Of a stretch of DNA of 64,000 nt, positions 11,364 through 24,516 are shown in pieces. Positions within the stretch are counted from its first letter, which is position 1. Each line of letters starts with the position of its first letter. The DNA is from Strigamia acuminata. Its lineage: Eukaryota. The notes under the pieces were generated by a model. The model did not search any database. It was not told where the DNA came from and worked only from the letters and a program-made list of their open reading frames with translations. The stretch lies in assembly GCA_949358305.1 (NCBI GenBank), contig OX442314.1, positions 30,814,001 to 30,878,000 of the forward strand, given 5' to 3'. Position numbers and translations under genes: made by a program.

Positions 11364-14300
11364 TATGACGGTTTACAATGGCTATAAATGCCTATTTTCT
11401 ATCAAGAAAGCGCTGTTGCGCCAATATGATGGTATTTTTACAATATTCTGTGTAAAACTGATAAATGTCTAGAATAAAGTCATTTATGATGTTTCAAATA
11501 CAAAGATGTTCGTTTATTAAGAATAAACACTAATTTCCACATGATACTAAAGTATCACGGCATAATTACGAAGATTCGTCTGCTAAAACCCGCATTTGTC
11601 AATGCTCCATATTGCCACTAGATGGCGCGATCGCAATTAGCGATAAATTCGAATACGAACTTGAAAACCTCATGATTAAATATAAACGTATATTTAATCA
11701 AGTGAATAAATTGTGTTAAATATTAATATAAATATATATTAAATATCTGACATTGTTAAATACAATGTAACTTCCATTTCTGCGGGACAGAATGTTTAGC
11801 GATCAATCGGTCAACCGATCAATCTGATTGGTGGAACCCATTTCCGGTCCTGGGTATCCAGTTCCGGTTGTAACAAGGATTAGCATAATTTGCATAAATG
11901 CTCCTCCGTATCCACTTCCGGTGATACGGGATTGGAGGGATTCGTGGAACCCATGTTCCAATTGGATGACTGGATTAATCCTTAAATCCAGTCAGGTTAT
12001 ATAAACCCAAACAATCGGCCATTCCGCAGCTCTGTTTGATTATTTTCTGTTTGGTATTGTTACTTAAGAAATATGATTCGTTGTTCACGTAAAAAAACCT
12101 TTTGGTTCTTTGTTGATTTATTCACAAAGAACCGTTGCATGATTCTACAGAATCATGCCACCGCCGGCAATTGAAGTCGAAGTGCTGGGATTATTATGTT
12201 GCATAAATGTTACAGTCTACGGTTGCGACGCCGAAGGAGAACCCGCCGTTGTGCAATTCAGTATCCTCCGGACAGGACCAAGTTGTCTTTTTCGGTATGA
12301 ACGTATTCCGTTACCACGAGTAGCATCGGTATTGTTGAGAATTGGTTCCTTCACCTGATGGTGCCAAAGCAGTCTGTTTTACAGTAACCACGAGTAGCAC
12401 CAAGTGTTTGGCAAGCTGATTCTCATGGTATTCGATGCCAAAGTAGTCGGTCTATTATTAGTACCGCGAGAGATAAAACTGCTGTGCGGAGCCGCGAGCT
12501 ATCGACCCCTGTGTACGTGGTGCCGTCAATCGCTAGACGAACGACCGTGCTGCGACGCCGGGGACGCTTGATACCGTTCTGCATGGCAAGGCGTATAAAT
12601 CTTTCGACGGCAATTGTGTGTTGCGACGGGAAGCCTAATCTTCATTTTATTTATAACAGCTAAATATTAACTTGGCGACAAGTTGATTAACCAAGTCAGA
12701 AGACTTAACTACGATCACGATTACATCAAGACGCAAATGTAACCGATAAGTTGACGACAACTTATCCACAAAATATCTGAATAAGAATTCACAACGATAT
12801 GAATTAAGTATAATTCATAAGCGGAATATTGATAAGTAAATGAATACATTTACTTACACCAATATCCTCCCAAAGTTGTGGCGGTGCAGACAAAGTCAAC
12901 CGCAATGCTCAGATCATTCGATTTATCGACGTGCGATAATTTACACAGCGAACCAAGGAAACCAGCGAAGCCATATCGGGCTCCAGGACACAGCCATCCG
13001 GCTTAGATGACATCTGTAAACCAGGTCGAGCGATGGGGAAACCGCTCCCTTATCCCAGACACGTAATGATATTATTTTAGGACCAATTGGCCTATGCTTT
13101 GTATAGTTTAATAGTCAGTTAACTTGCCAAATGTTGGCATTAGTCTTATGTATAATTTAGCTCACTGCATATTGTTTGCCAACAATAAATTGTCTTGTAT
13201 TTATCTCGTATTGTATTCACTGTTATTTATCGCGATCTCTTCCCGGTACCATTGTTAAATGGGAGTTGTGGTCGTCACCGTCACACGTGGAGGTCCCACC
13301 GAGATTAGGTTGCAATTAAATTCGATTGAATTGCAACAGTGAATATTGGAGATAAATATTTAACTAAAAGATTTAAGTTAAAAATAGACAGATTAAATTT
13401 TCAGTTTATATTTCCATGTGAAGAAGTTAAACTGATGAAATAGAAATACGTAGTAGATTTTCCTTCATTATTTTCGTTTGAAGATTTTAGGGATTTCAAA
13501 GACTACCACCTAATCTCACACGTGGAGGTCCCACCGAGATTAGGTTGCAATTAAATTCGATTGAATTGCAACAGTGAATATTGGAGATAAATATTTAACT
13601 AAAAGATTTAAGTTAAAAATAGACAGATTAAATTTTCAGTTTATATTTCCATGTGAAGAAGTTAAACTGATGAAATAGAAATACGTAGTAGATTTTCCTT
13701 CATTATTTTCGTTTGAAGATTTTAGGGATTTCAAAGACTACCACCTAATCTCACACGTGGAGGTCCCACCGAGATTAGGTTGCAATTAAATTCGATTGAA
13801 TTGCAACAGTGAATATTGGAGATAAATATTTAACTAAAAGATTTAAGTTAAAAATAGACAGATTAAATTTTCAGTTTATATTTCCATGTGAAGAAGTTAA
13901 ACTGATGAAATAGAAATACGTAGTAGATTTTCCTTCATTATTTTCGTTTGAAGATTTTAGGGATTTCAAAGACTACCACCTAATCTCACACGTGGAGGTC
14001 CCACCGAGATTAGGTTGCAATTAAATTCGATAGAATTGTAAAAGTGAATTTTGAGATAAATATTTAACTAAAAGATTTAGTTAAAAAACAGACAAGTTTC
14101 AAACCATGTTTATTTTCTTGAGAAACACCAAAACAGTCCTTTAACTAGGAATTTCGGAAGTTATAGACCTATCACACGATCACTGAAATAGGTTGCAAAT
14201 TAATTCGATCGAATTGCAAAAGCGAATCTTGAATCCGATATTAACTAAAAAATTTTAGTTAAAACAGACAAATAGATTTTCAGTTTATATTTTCATGTGA

Positions 14301-16807
14301 AAAGTTAAACTGACGAAATGGAAACGTTTAGTGAACTCTCTTTACTATTTTCGTTTGACAATTTAAGGAATACGAAGTATTTTAAATAAGAAATCAAAAA
14401 AGTTTCGAGTGAAATAAGAATACAGATATTTTTTTTCGAAGTTTGTTTTATTTCGAAAAGCTAAAAACATACAAGTTTAGAAGGCGGACTTCTTACGAAT
14501 TTATCTTTCCACCTGAAAAGTTAAAACGAAGAAAACACCGCAACTATTTGGAAATATTTACAAGAAATTAAGTTTCTTGTAACTGTACGTCGACACCGAT
14601 AGCCAGCGACCACGCGCCATAGCAATACGCGTCGATCTCCGTATCAAACGCAGCAGGGAAGCTACTCAAACCTTCAACGCAAGGTGCGAACGAATGCTTG
14701 GAAATTATGGCGGACAACAGATAAAAGACAGCGGAGAAATGTTACAGAAGGTTCGTAGAGATTTATTTAAGTGTCGCGAACTAATTTTTCCACTGCCATC
14801 GGTACCAAAGATAATTTAGTTGTTGGAGAAAAACAACACACTCCATTTCGCAGAAAAGATTTGCAAATCGAAATGAATATTACCTTTATTTGAAGGAATT
14901 AACTATTTTCACAAAAAGTACATTTTTTCCTTCGGGACAATGGAAATTAAGAAAATATAAAATGGCGGCGAATGAAGTTGCCGACCACGTAGAATAGTAT
15001 TTTTTACATTGAAAGTTACGAATCACGAAAAACGCTTTCCCTCGGAAAAGTAAAAGGATTTCATTCAATCTTTCCTTTCGGAAATTTAACAGTGTTTTAA
15101 GTTTCCAACGATATTTGGGTCTCCCAAATTTTGAGAATTTCTAAATGAAATTTAGCTGTTTGAAAAACAACGAATATTTTTAGTAATCTAATCGGACATT
15201 TTCCCACATGATTTCTTAAAACCGGAATAACAAATCCATTTGTGGCTATGAACTTTGCCACATGAAATATTTACGGAGCGAATATTTTTTGATTGGATTG
15301 AAGCTTTAAAAATCAGATAGCTGATTTAAACGAAGAAAATAAGTTTCAAAGTAATTATTTTTCTTTCGGAAAAATCAAATAAATCACCGCTGATGAAAAG
15401 TTGTATTTTTCCATTCGAAAAAACTAAGAATTGCACAAGATTTATCTTCTATTTTGAACATAGATTTTATTCGGAAAAGGAAAGATTCTAGATACATTAT
15501 TTTTCTCTAAAAATTAAGAATTTAGTCAATTTTCCTAAAGGTTAATGGAATGTCATCATATATTTCGTTCGTAATTTACGTGTTAAAGTTTAATCAGAAA
15601 AACGATTGAATATGTTTTATTTGCGATAAGTAAAAGAAAGGTTCTTTAAAAATGGAATTTCGATGCAAATCCCACAGTAAAGGGAATGTTATGTGTGAGC
15701 AATTAACGAAAAGTTGGAATAACTTCATTTTATTTCATTCAAAAGTAGTTGTGAAAAATCAATTTCAAATATTTTTCAAAGAAAAATTATTTTTATCGGA
15801 AAAAAGTAATTTACATGTCCTCGCGCGGACCGAGTAGTAAACTGCTTAATTGTGACATCGATACTGTTATTGTGTCACGTGTTATACGGAATTCCAAACC
15901 AGTGAATTACGAATTTTGGCGCGATAGGAATAGAAGTTTGACAGTGAAAGTTCTCCAGATTTGTCTTTTCATTTGAAAAGTTCAAATTGAGGAAATGCTG
16001 CAGCAGATGAAGGTATTTACGACAATTGAGATTTAAATATTCTTTCATTCAAAAGATAAAAGATCTCTGCAAAAACATCTCGTTATTAGAGATAAGGGGG
16101 ACGAAAATTATTAAAACGAATAATCAAAGACACGTCCTTCGTAAATATCGCAAAGGAATAACTAATTGTGAAAACAATTGTCCGCTCAGGAAAAGTGGAA
16201 TTTAGCTAGATATTTTCTTTCGAAAAATCAAAGCAATTGTCATCAAAAAAGAAAGATTTGATGAATAATTTTTACCCAAAAGTCTAAAGGATTGTCGAAT
16301 AGTTTTCTCCCGAAAAACAAGTACACATTTGTACCAATAACTTTATCGTTTAAAGTAAAATTTCGAATATTTTCTTTTGGAAGATTAGAGAATTAGATAA
16401 TTTTTCTCGCAAAACAAATTTAAAGAATTTTAACGAATTTTTATTTGTTAAAAAAATTTGTTAAAAAAGGGGGAGATGGATGGTGAAAATTTATTTTTTC
16501 ACACTCGAAAAATGGAATTTAAACCCGAAAAAGTAAAGACTTGGTCAAATTATTCTTCCTATTGGAAATGAATACACAATGTTGGGAATCGAAAATAGAT
16601 TTCAAATTACAAAGGAATGATTATTTGAACGATAATTGAATAAGAATAAGAAAAATTGAGAGTTTGAGAAAACTTTATTAAAGTTGTGGTTGTAACGATA
16701 TCACACACTAACGGAATAATTAAAAGAAAAATATTTTTTGAAGAAAAGTTATTTAATTATTTGGATTGGTAAAAATCCCAAAGTTCAAGAAGATTGAAGT
16801 AAGTTTA
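11364..16807 (+). mobile_element. Degenerate LTR element inserted in the Copia RT: ~1.9-kb LTR (11364-13285), tRNA-Gln PBS, decayed AT-rich internal region running into the gap
   Basis: Starts TATGACGG and ends CCGTCACA. TGGAGGTCCCACCGAGATT at 13288-13306 is complementary to the tRNA-Gln 3' end. Homologous to ~26010-28132. No intact ORF. Confidence 0.75.
13281..14370 (+). repeat. Tandem 235-bp repeat containing the PBS (three apparently identical units plus diverged copies)
   Basis: TCACACGTGGAGGTCCCACCGAGATTAGG at 13281, 13516, 13751 and 13986. Diverged copy at ~14170-14370. Confidence 0.92.
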
Positions 16808-17007
16808 NNNNNNNNNNNNNNNNNNNNNNNNNNNNNNNNNNNNNNNNNNNNNNNNNNNNNNNNNNNNNNNNNNNNNNNNNNNNNNNNNNNNNNNNNNNNN
16901 NNNNNNNNNNNNNNNNNNNNNNNNNNNNNNNNNNNNNNNNNNNNNNNNNNNNNNNNNNNNNNNNNNNNNNNNNNNNNNNNNNNNNNNNNNNNNNNNNNNN
17001 NNNNNNN
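16808..17007. other. Assembly gap (200 N)
   Basis: Run of N. Confidence 1.
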
Positions 17008-20000
17008 TCGATTTCTAATCCCAGAATGTACTTTAATTCGCCCATGTGAACTAATTCGACAAATTTCCCCAATTGTGCCATTTTCTCGTCTCGAAATTTA
17101 GCGCTAGAGCTGGCTGTGACGAGATCGTCGACATAAACTCCCATCATTATCACGCCTTGCTGACTTCTGCATATATACAGGCAAGGATCGTCCGGTGAGC
17201 GCTCAAATCCGCACTTTGTCAGTACCTCGTGCAACTTCTCATTCCAGCAGCGCCCGGATTGCTTTAATCCATATAAACTCTTCTCTAGTCTGCATACGCA
17301 ATCGCCCTCTCCAGTCTCGAAACCCTTTAGTTGCTCCATATATATCTTCTCCTTCAGTTTCCCGTGTAAGTACGCTGTCTTAACATCGTACTGGTCCAGA
17401 AGTAAGTCCTCTTTGGCTGCTACATTCAACAGTGTTCTCAATGACTCTATTCTGACCACTGGTGAGAATGTCTGATCGTAGTCCATTCCCGGTCTCTGTC
17501 CGCATCCGACCGCTACAAGTCGGGCTTTGTATCGAATTATCGAGCCGTCGGCATTTGTCTTTATGCGAAAAACCCATTTTGATTTAACTGGCTTTGCATC
17601 GCTAGGTCGCGGCTCTATTTTCCAAACTTGATGTTGGTGCATCGAATCTATTTCTTCCTGCATGGCCTTTCGCCATTCGTTTGCATCATCCGACGCCATA
17701 GCCTCTTCATAGGTGTTCGGTGTAAACATTATTTCCGCCATCAATGCCTGCTCTAGGATTTTTCTTGAGTGTCGTGCTCCTCGGTGTCGCGCTCCTCGTT
17801 GTCGCGTTCCCCGTTGTCGCAGTGCTTGCTCTCTAATCCTTGTTGAGCGTCGCACTCCTCGCTGTTGCAAATTCGCTTCGGTTTCGTCTATACGAGCTTG
17901 CTTGTTTGCTGCTAGCACTTCCTTGGTGGCGCCCGGCCTCCGTCCTCCCCTCCGAGCGGGCAACTGTTCCGGTACTGGAGCCACAATGGGTGGGTCCGGT
18001 TCGTCTATGTCTACATCCGGAGCAAGTTGTTCGATCGGTTGAGGCGGTGCTTCACCAAGGTCGTAAACAACGTCTAAATCCATCTGTTCTTAGGATTCAT
18101 CCGTCCGGTCAAGGTGAGTATCCCCCAATCGTGACTCTTCAAAAACTACATCACACGATTCTGTGATTTTCCCTGTGTCTCGCATAAATATCCTGTAGGC
18201 TTTCCTTTTAGTCGAATAACCCACTAGTATGCCTTCTCTGGTTTTGTCTTTCAACTTGTTTTGTCGAAATTTTGGTTCTAGTACGTGAGCCACGCATCCA
18301 AAGCGTCTCAAGTAGCTAACGTTGGGTATTCTCCCCTTCCAACGTTCGTAAGGCGTCTTGACGTGTGTACTCGTCTTGCACCTGTTGCGTAAATGAGCAG
18401 CTGTCAGAATAGCTTCGCCCCAAAACTTCTGTGGCAACTTTGAGTCCACTAATAAAGTTCGCATCGCTTCTGTCACGGTCCTATTCATGCGTTCTGCGAT
18501 CGCGTTGCTCTCGGGTGAGTATGAGGTGGTCAGTTCGTGTAAAATCCCCTTCTGAGTGAAGTATTGTCCCAAACTGTCATTCAAAAATTCCCCGCCATTG
18601 TCCGACCGTATTCGCTTCACCAATCGCCCCATCTGCAATTCAATATGCGCCACGAAGTCTTTGATTGCGGTCCCAGCTTCACTTTTAGTGCTCAATACTC
18701 TCAAAAATACCATTCGGCTACAATCATCAACCATAGTTAGCACATAACGCGCTCCCCCTAATGTGGGTACGGGCATTGGCCCCATCAAATCAACATGAAT
18801 TAATTCCATTATCTCTTAGGATTGTTGATATGAAACAGCACGTCGTGGAACCCTTGTCATCTTCCCTTTCACGCATTCCATACAAGTCTCATCTGGCAAT
18901 TTTTCATCCCAATTCAATCCTATTACAAGATTCTGACTTTTCATGTCTTCCATATTTTTGAAGTTTGGATGTCCCAATCTTTGGTGCCATAAAGTCCGTG
19001 TCAAACATTGTGTCGTACACGCTACCTCGTTAACAGGTTGTATGTGGTTGGCTTCATTGTATATCGCCCCAATCATAAATTTATCGTCAACACGCTGTGC
19101 CCTCATCACGTGATTTCCATCTTCATCTTGCACGTTGGCGCACTGTCGTGTAAACGTCACCGTCAACGCAGCATCGACCATCTTCGGAACAGATAGTAAA
19201 TTCGTCTGCAGGTTCGGAATATAGAGCACGTTGCTCAGACGTAACGTGTTCCTCGAAACGTCTTCTGTGACACGCATCTGCCCCCGTCCTGGTGACTTCG
19301 CTTCTGCCTCACTTGCCAGTCCGACTTTTTGCGGATATGACTCGAAAAACTCAAAATCATCTTTGTGTGATACCATGTGACTTGTTGCCCCTGAATCCAG
19401 AAGCCAGTCTTCAAGTTCATCCGGCGTTTCCTCATCGCTTTCCCGCTCAACAGCTTCATTAATCGCCAAAACTCTCGCTCCACACGAATATTCCCGTGGC
19501 TTGGGTGTTGGTCGCACCTCGCTTTGTGCTGACTGTTCATTTGTCCTATTTCCGCCACGTCCTCTGTTCGGCGTCCTTGTGTTTGTTGCGGTTCCACGTG
19601 GATTTGCATTTCCGCGCGTTGGATCACCCGTTTTACTTTTGGACCAACAGTCCTTGGCGTAGTGTCCAATCTTGTGGCAATTGTAACATTCAATGTTACA
19701 TTTCCCCCTTTGTCGAGTTCTGTACGCATTTTCGCTTCCATTTCCGTCGTGACTTTTCTTCTTTGCCCGCTGTCTTTCCTCTTCAAATCTCAAAGCAGTT
19801 CGAGCTTCACTCAAAGTCAAATTGTTGTTTTGTCCCTCAAAAATTCGCACATTGTGCTCAAATTCAACTCGCAGCCCTCGTGCTACGTAACTTAGCATCT
19901 CCTGATTGCTATATATTTTCCCAAGTTCCGATGCTTTGGTCTTTATTGCCTCTGCACGATTTATGTACGTATCAATCGTTTCTTTCTCGTTCATCTTGAG

Positions 20001-20384
20001 TTGCGCTAATTCTATGCCGCATTTGACCACTTCAAAATCGTTCTTTGGTCCCATGTGAGTCTCAATCGTTTCCCACAACTTTTTGGCGTTCGTTTCCATG
20101 CTGTAACGCACTCCTTGTTCCGCTGAAAGTGACAGCATCAAGATCCCCATGGCCTCGTCATTCTTCTGTTCCCAATTCTCCCAAATTGCCCTCATCTGGC
20201 CGTAATTTGCCTGTCCAAGCCGTCCTTTCTCCGGTTCGTCGTTCACGATCACCATCTTCCATAGGCCTTTCATCTTTAATACTGCTCGCAATCTCATCTT
20301 CCAGAGAAAATAATTCCTATCGGTCAACCTCTCGACCGTCGTTGATGAGGAGGAAACGTTCACAAATGAATCCGCCATCGCCAT
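17008..20384 (-). CDS. Copia gag-protease-integrase-RT polyprotein in one frame, with two in-frame TAA stops (18818-18816, 18092-18090)
   Basis: CYNCHKIGHYAKDC zinc knuckle, WLLDSGATSHM protease, LWHQRLGH...CMEC, RSDNGGEF, AERMNRT, YKARLVA, DVKTAYL, LYGLKQS, YVDD. Confidence 0.93.
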
Positions 20385-21801
20385 CTCTTGTCGTAACTCG
20401 TAGCAGACGACAGAAATGCAAAACAGGAATTAATTTCACGCCAAATATTTTCAAAACTTAGTGACACTAATAACTTGCGCTTTCCCAGACTCAGCATTCA
20501 TTCTTTCATCGCCATAATCGTAAAACCTCTCCTCTGCTACCACTTGTTGGTTTAGAATAAATACTCAATCATTGGAAATATCAACAAGATGAATATGTCG
20601 GCATTTTATTCCAACTCGAACAACACTCTCATTACAATAACTACATCGGTTGCACTCCATTCTTGTGCAATCTCGTACGTCAACAATACATCAATTAATA
20701 CACTTAGACTATAACACTTTGTGATAAAAACATATCTACACAAATGACGAGTTCGAAGAACCAATCACAAGCATTTACAAGATGGCGAAATGCAAATGAC
20801 GCGCTCGAATGACCAATGACGAGCGCATCACAATTTAGGGGACCTTAACATTCCTCAAAGGATTAGTATTCTAACATTCCAATTGTAAATGTAAAGTCAA
20901 AACACTTAAGTGGAAATAAAAGACATATTATAATGAATGATAAAACATAAATTCAATATTTAAAAATCACAAATTAAAATGGAAATATAAATTCAACAAT
21001 ACAAATCAAATAATACAACTAAACACGATTATTAATAAAGAACAACAATTTACTCGTAAAATCACCCGATTTTCACACTGCCGGGCGGGGATCACTTGAT
21101 TCTACTTCCAAACGCACAAGACGTTGTATCGGTCGACGCAAATGTTCTCCATTAGCGAGCACCATCTCACATGACCTGATTTTATTATCTTGACCCCGCT
21201 TAACTTCGACCACTCTACCCATTTTCCATTTTAGACGTGGTTTAAATAGCTCTTCAATCATAACGACGTCGTTCAACTGGAGTTCTCGCACACCTGGTTT
21301 GCCCGTTTGAATCTTCAGATCCGTCAAATACTCCCGAGACCAACGATTCCAGAATGAGAGTAATACGCGTTGTTGGTAGCGCCATTGTCGAATGAATTGC
21401 TTCTGAGTCGGTTCGAGGCTGTCTGATGCTCCCGAGTCGGGTAGGTGAGTCAACATCACACCGGTCAGAAAATGTGCGGGCGTGAGTGGCTCAATTTCGT
21501 TTGGGTCGTTGTATACATATGTGATCGGTCTGCGATTTATGACTGCTTCGGTTTGCACAAGAAACGTTCCGAGTTGGTAAAAGTTTAAGTGCGCCGAACC
21601 GATAGCTTTTCTTAAGCATCTCTTGACCGTTTGCACCATCCTCTCCCAGAACCCGCCCCACCACGGTCCATTCTCGACAATGAATCTCCATTCGACTCCC
21701 TTTTGGGCCAAATAATTTCGAAACGTCTCGTCCTTCGTGTGGTTTAAGAGTGAAGCTAGTTCTTTGTGGGCTCGGTGAAACGTGGTCCCGTTGTCACTAT
21801 A

Positions 21802-23020
21802 CAGGGTGAACCAAAAGTCTGTTCCCCTCAAATATTTCCTGAGCAATTGCATCTAGGCCAACTTTGATGAAGCGATCGTATAGGAAGTTGGGTGAGAGCA
21901 ATCCAATGATGTCGTCAAATTTGACCTTGAAGACCATTTTCAAGGTCATTCACTTGCTAACTTCTAAACTAATCAGGTTAGAGCAAAAAAGTCAATTACA
22001 AAGTTGTAGAGCACCATCAAATTAGTACTATCCAACTTATCTCAGTCATCTTAAGTTAAATTTTTTCTTTCAAAAAAGGAGACAAATCAGAAAAAAAATC
22101 AGCAAAGTGAAATTTTTTAACCCTCGGAGGCATAAGGATAAAATGTGCCGTTCTGGTTTAGCCATTACGGATTTATGGACAATTTTAAGTCGATTGGTTA
22201 AAGCGCCATGTAGTTTGTTTTTAGTTCGGAACTAATTTTATTGAGAACGTAATGCCTAAACAATAAAAATAAATAGATTTGAGCCATCTGGAGGTGGTTT
22301 TAATCACTACTGGTAAATGCGAAAAGCTGTTCACTGAAGCGCTGTTTACAAATACAGCAAAGCCAGCTTAAAAGTTATGCTGGAGTTTTAAGGGGCAGAA
22401 AATTTCCAAGTTGAATATTTAATTAAATAAATGATGAATCATTACAAATTTCACCCGAGATTTACTTTATTATCAGATCAACAAAGTCACAAATTTTCAG
22501 CAAAAAAAAATCATAGAAAAAAAATTTTCCTATTCAAGAAAAAGCTTGTTCATAAATCCGTATAGCCAAGGGTTAATCTTGTGATAAAATAATTATTGAG
22601 GCATTAAAAAAAGGCAGTGGTTTTTCTTGTTTACTTGCATAATGATGCACATTTGAATACGTTTATTTAAGTAATTCAGTATTTTTGTGATAGAAATTTA
22701 AGTTTTGTCACAATGGCTGGCTTTATTTCAGCTGATTTGTCTCCTTTTTAAAAGGAAAACATTTAATTTAAGATGACTAAGATAAGTTGGATAGTACTAA
22801 TTTGATGGTGCTCTACAACTTTGTAATTGACTTTTTTGCTCTAACCTGATTAGTTTAGAAGTTAGCAAGTGAATATCCTTGAAAATGGCCGTCAAGGTCA
22901 AATTTGATGACATCATTGGATTGCTCTCACCCAACTTCCTATACGATCGCTTCATCAAAGTTGGCCTAGATGCAATTCCTGAGGAAATATTTGAGGTGAA
23001 CAGACTTTTGTTCCACCCTG
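21802..23020. mobile_element. Tc1/mariner-type non-autonomous element with long (~270 bp) TIRs
   Basis: TA|CAGGGTG...CACCCTG|TA. Arms ~21802-22090 and ~22735-23020. Removing it restores RGFGTCVYSDN of the BEL integrase. Related ends at ~33700-33940 and ~35457. Confidence 0.9.
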
Positions 23021-23039
23021 TATACACAGGTCCCAAAAC

Positions 23040-24205
23040 CTCTGGTGTCAAAATTAAGATTAAAAATTTAAAAAACTGTCAAATAAATACATGGGTGGGT
23101 GATTGTTAAAAAGCAGGTTTCTGAAAAGAGAAATGATTAAAAATGATTAAAAAGTAGAAAAAAGTATAATTTTTACAATACCTACTCTTTCATTTAAAAT
23201 TTTTGGATTCGATTCCACCCGTTTCTTCAATTGTGCTGATAAATTATGAGTTTTCTGTTTTTCTTTTTTCAACTCTCTTTTTGCGTCCGCCAATTTTTTC
23301 TGAAGTTGGCATTTCAAGTAAACACTTTCAATTACCACATTGCCTGCGTGCATTTGAAGTCTTTCGATTTTTTTCCAACAATAGTTTATCATTCGCCTCT
23401 TTGGCGAATTGTCGCTTGTATTCTCGGACGGTGTTCACAAAAACTTCGATTAATCTCGGGACATTTCTGATCGCTATTTCTTGTGATCACTTGGGAATCG
23501 TTCTTGCTTCAGGCAATCGTTTAAATTCGACTTACCCGTGGACTGGTTCCAGTTCCAGCCCGTCAAAGGTTGATTGCAGTCGGCCGCCCCGCACATTTCG
23601 GTCGGCAATCCCTGGTCTTGTTTATAATATATACAGGTTCTGGTGTCAAATTAAAAATTTAAAAAACTGAAAAGAAAAATGATTACAAATGAAAAAAAAG
23701 TAAAATAAAGTATACCGTATTTTACCGAATAAGAGCCGCCCTCGAATTGTAGCTGCGGCTTATGTTACGTTCAATGAACGTAACATTGAAATTGGCCACT
23801 ATTTGAAATAAGAGCCGCCCCAGATTTGGAGCCGCGGCTCAAAGTGGTAAAATACGGTAATTTTTACAATACTTACTCTTTTATTTAAAATTTTTGGATT
23901 GATTCCTTCAGTTTCCTTAGTTCAGCTGCTAAATTGTGATTTGCTTGTTCTGCTTGCTTCAACCTTGTTTTCAGGTCTGCCAATTGTTGCTTAAGTAATT
24001 TAGTGTAAATATTTTCAATTGTCACACGGACTACATTAATTTCAACTCTTTCAATTTTTTCCAACACTATTTTATCATTTTCCTCTTTCTCTTATTGTCG
24101 CTTGTGCTCGCGGACGATGTTTATAAAAACTTCAATTAATCTGGGGATATTTCTGATCGCTATTTCTTGTGATCACTTGGGAATCGTTCTTGCTTCAGGC
24201 AATTG
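23040..24205 (-). pseudogene. Two tandem, decayed copies of an unknown coiled-coil coding segment
   Basis: ~23040-23520 and ~23640-24205 align (IAIRN.PRLIEVF...LEKIER...QLAD). Stops and frameshifts present. Confidence 0.45.
23715..23857. mobile_element. Short pogo/Tc1-type MITE
   Basis: TA|CCGTATTTTACC...GGTAAAATACGG|TA. Internal AATAAGAGCCGCCC repeated twice. Confidence 0.8.
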
Positions 24206-24242
24206 TTCTTGGGAATCGTTCTTTTTTTTTTCTTTCTTTTTA

Positions 24243-24376
24243 GAACGATTCCCAAGGATTCGCCTGAGGCAAGAACGATTCCCAAGGATTCGCCTGAGGC
24301 AAGAACGATTCCCAAGGATTCGCCTGAGGCAAGAACGATTTCCAAGGATTCGCCTGAGGCAAGAACGATTCCCAAG
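24243..24376. repeat. 30-bp minisatellite (~4.5 copies)
   Basis: AAGAACGATTCCCAAGGATTCGCCTGAGGC in tandem. Confidence 0.95.
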
Positions 24377-24516
24377 CATAACCATTGAGACAAAGTTTGG
24401 GTTTTCCTCTGATAGTCTTTTCCATGCCATTGTGTGTCCCGAATGCCGCCTGAATGCCTGCCGGCCGAATGCCTGTCGCCCGAATGCCGCCCGAATGCCT
24501 GTCGCCCGAATGCCGC
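24377..24516 (-). mobile_element. MULE-like end: CCCGAATGCC repeats followed by a FLYWCH-like start
   Basis: Short GAATGCC repeats at 24438-24515. The minus strand reads MEKTIRGKPKLCLNGYA. Confidence 0.5.

Larger units (their letters stand above)
10261..20740 (-). mobile_element. Full-length Ty1/Copia LTR retrotransposon (LTRs 10261-10456 and 20545-20740)
   Basis: 196-bp TG...CA LTRs with no differences seen by eye. TSD CAAAT at 10256-10260 and 20741-20745. PBS TGGTAGCAGAGGA (tRNA-iMet) at ~20530-20542. Polypurine tract at ~10459-10470. Order gag-PR-IN-RT-RH. Confidence 0.97.
10157..21801 (-). mobile_element. 5'-truncated BEL/Pao LTR retrotransposon: integrase 21073-~21800 and probable 3' LTR (10157-10260 plus 20741-20850) split by the Copia insertion
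   Basis: YSDNGTTF, GPWWGGFWERMV, PLTPAHFL, FWNRWSREYL and LRRPI are BEL/Pao integrase motifs. Rejoined flanks give a TGTT...AACA unit with AATAAA on the minus strand. LTR assignment is less certain than the integrase. Confidence 0.75.

Noticed and set aside
13281..14100. CRISPR-like array
   Set aside because: Units are identical along their full length with no unique spacers; eukaryotic context and no cas genes.
18090..18818. Alternative genetic code (TAA as sense) to explain the Copia stops
   Set aside because: Several host genes in the window end in TAA at homologous C-termini (for example 131, 61881, 62995).
22879..23109. Repeated ORF MAVKVKFDDIIGLLSPNF (also at 33793)
   Set aside because: It lies within the TIR of a non-autonomous transposon, so recurrence reflects the repeat.
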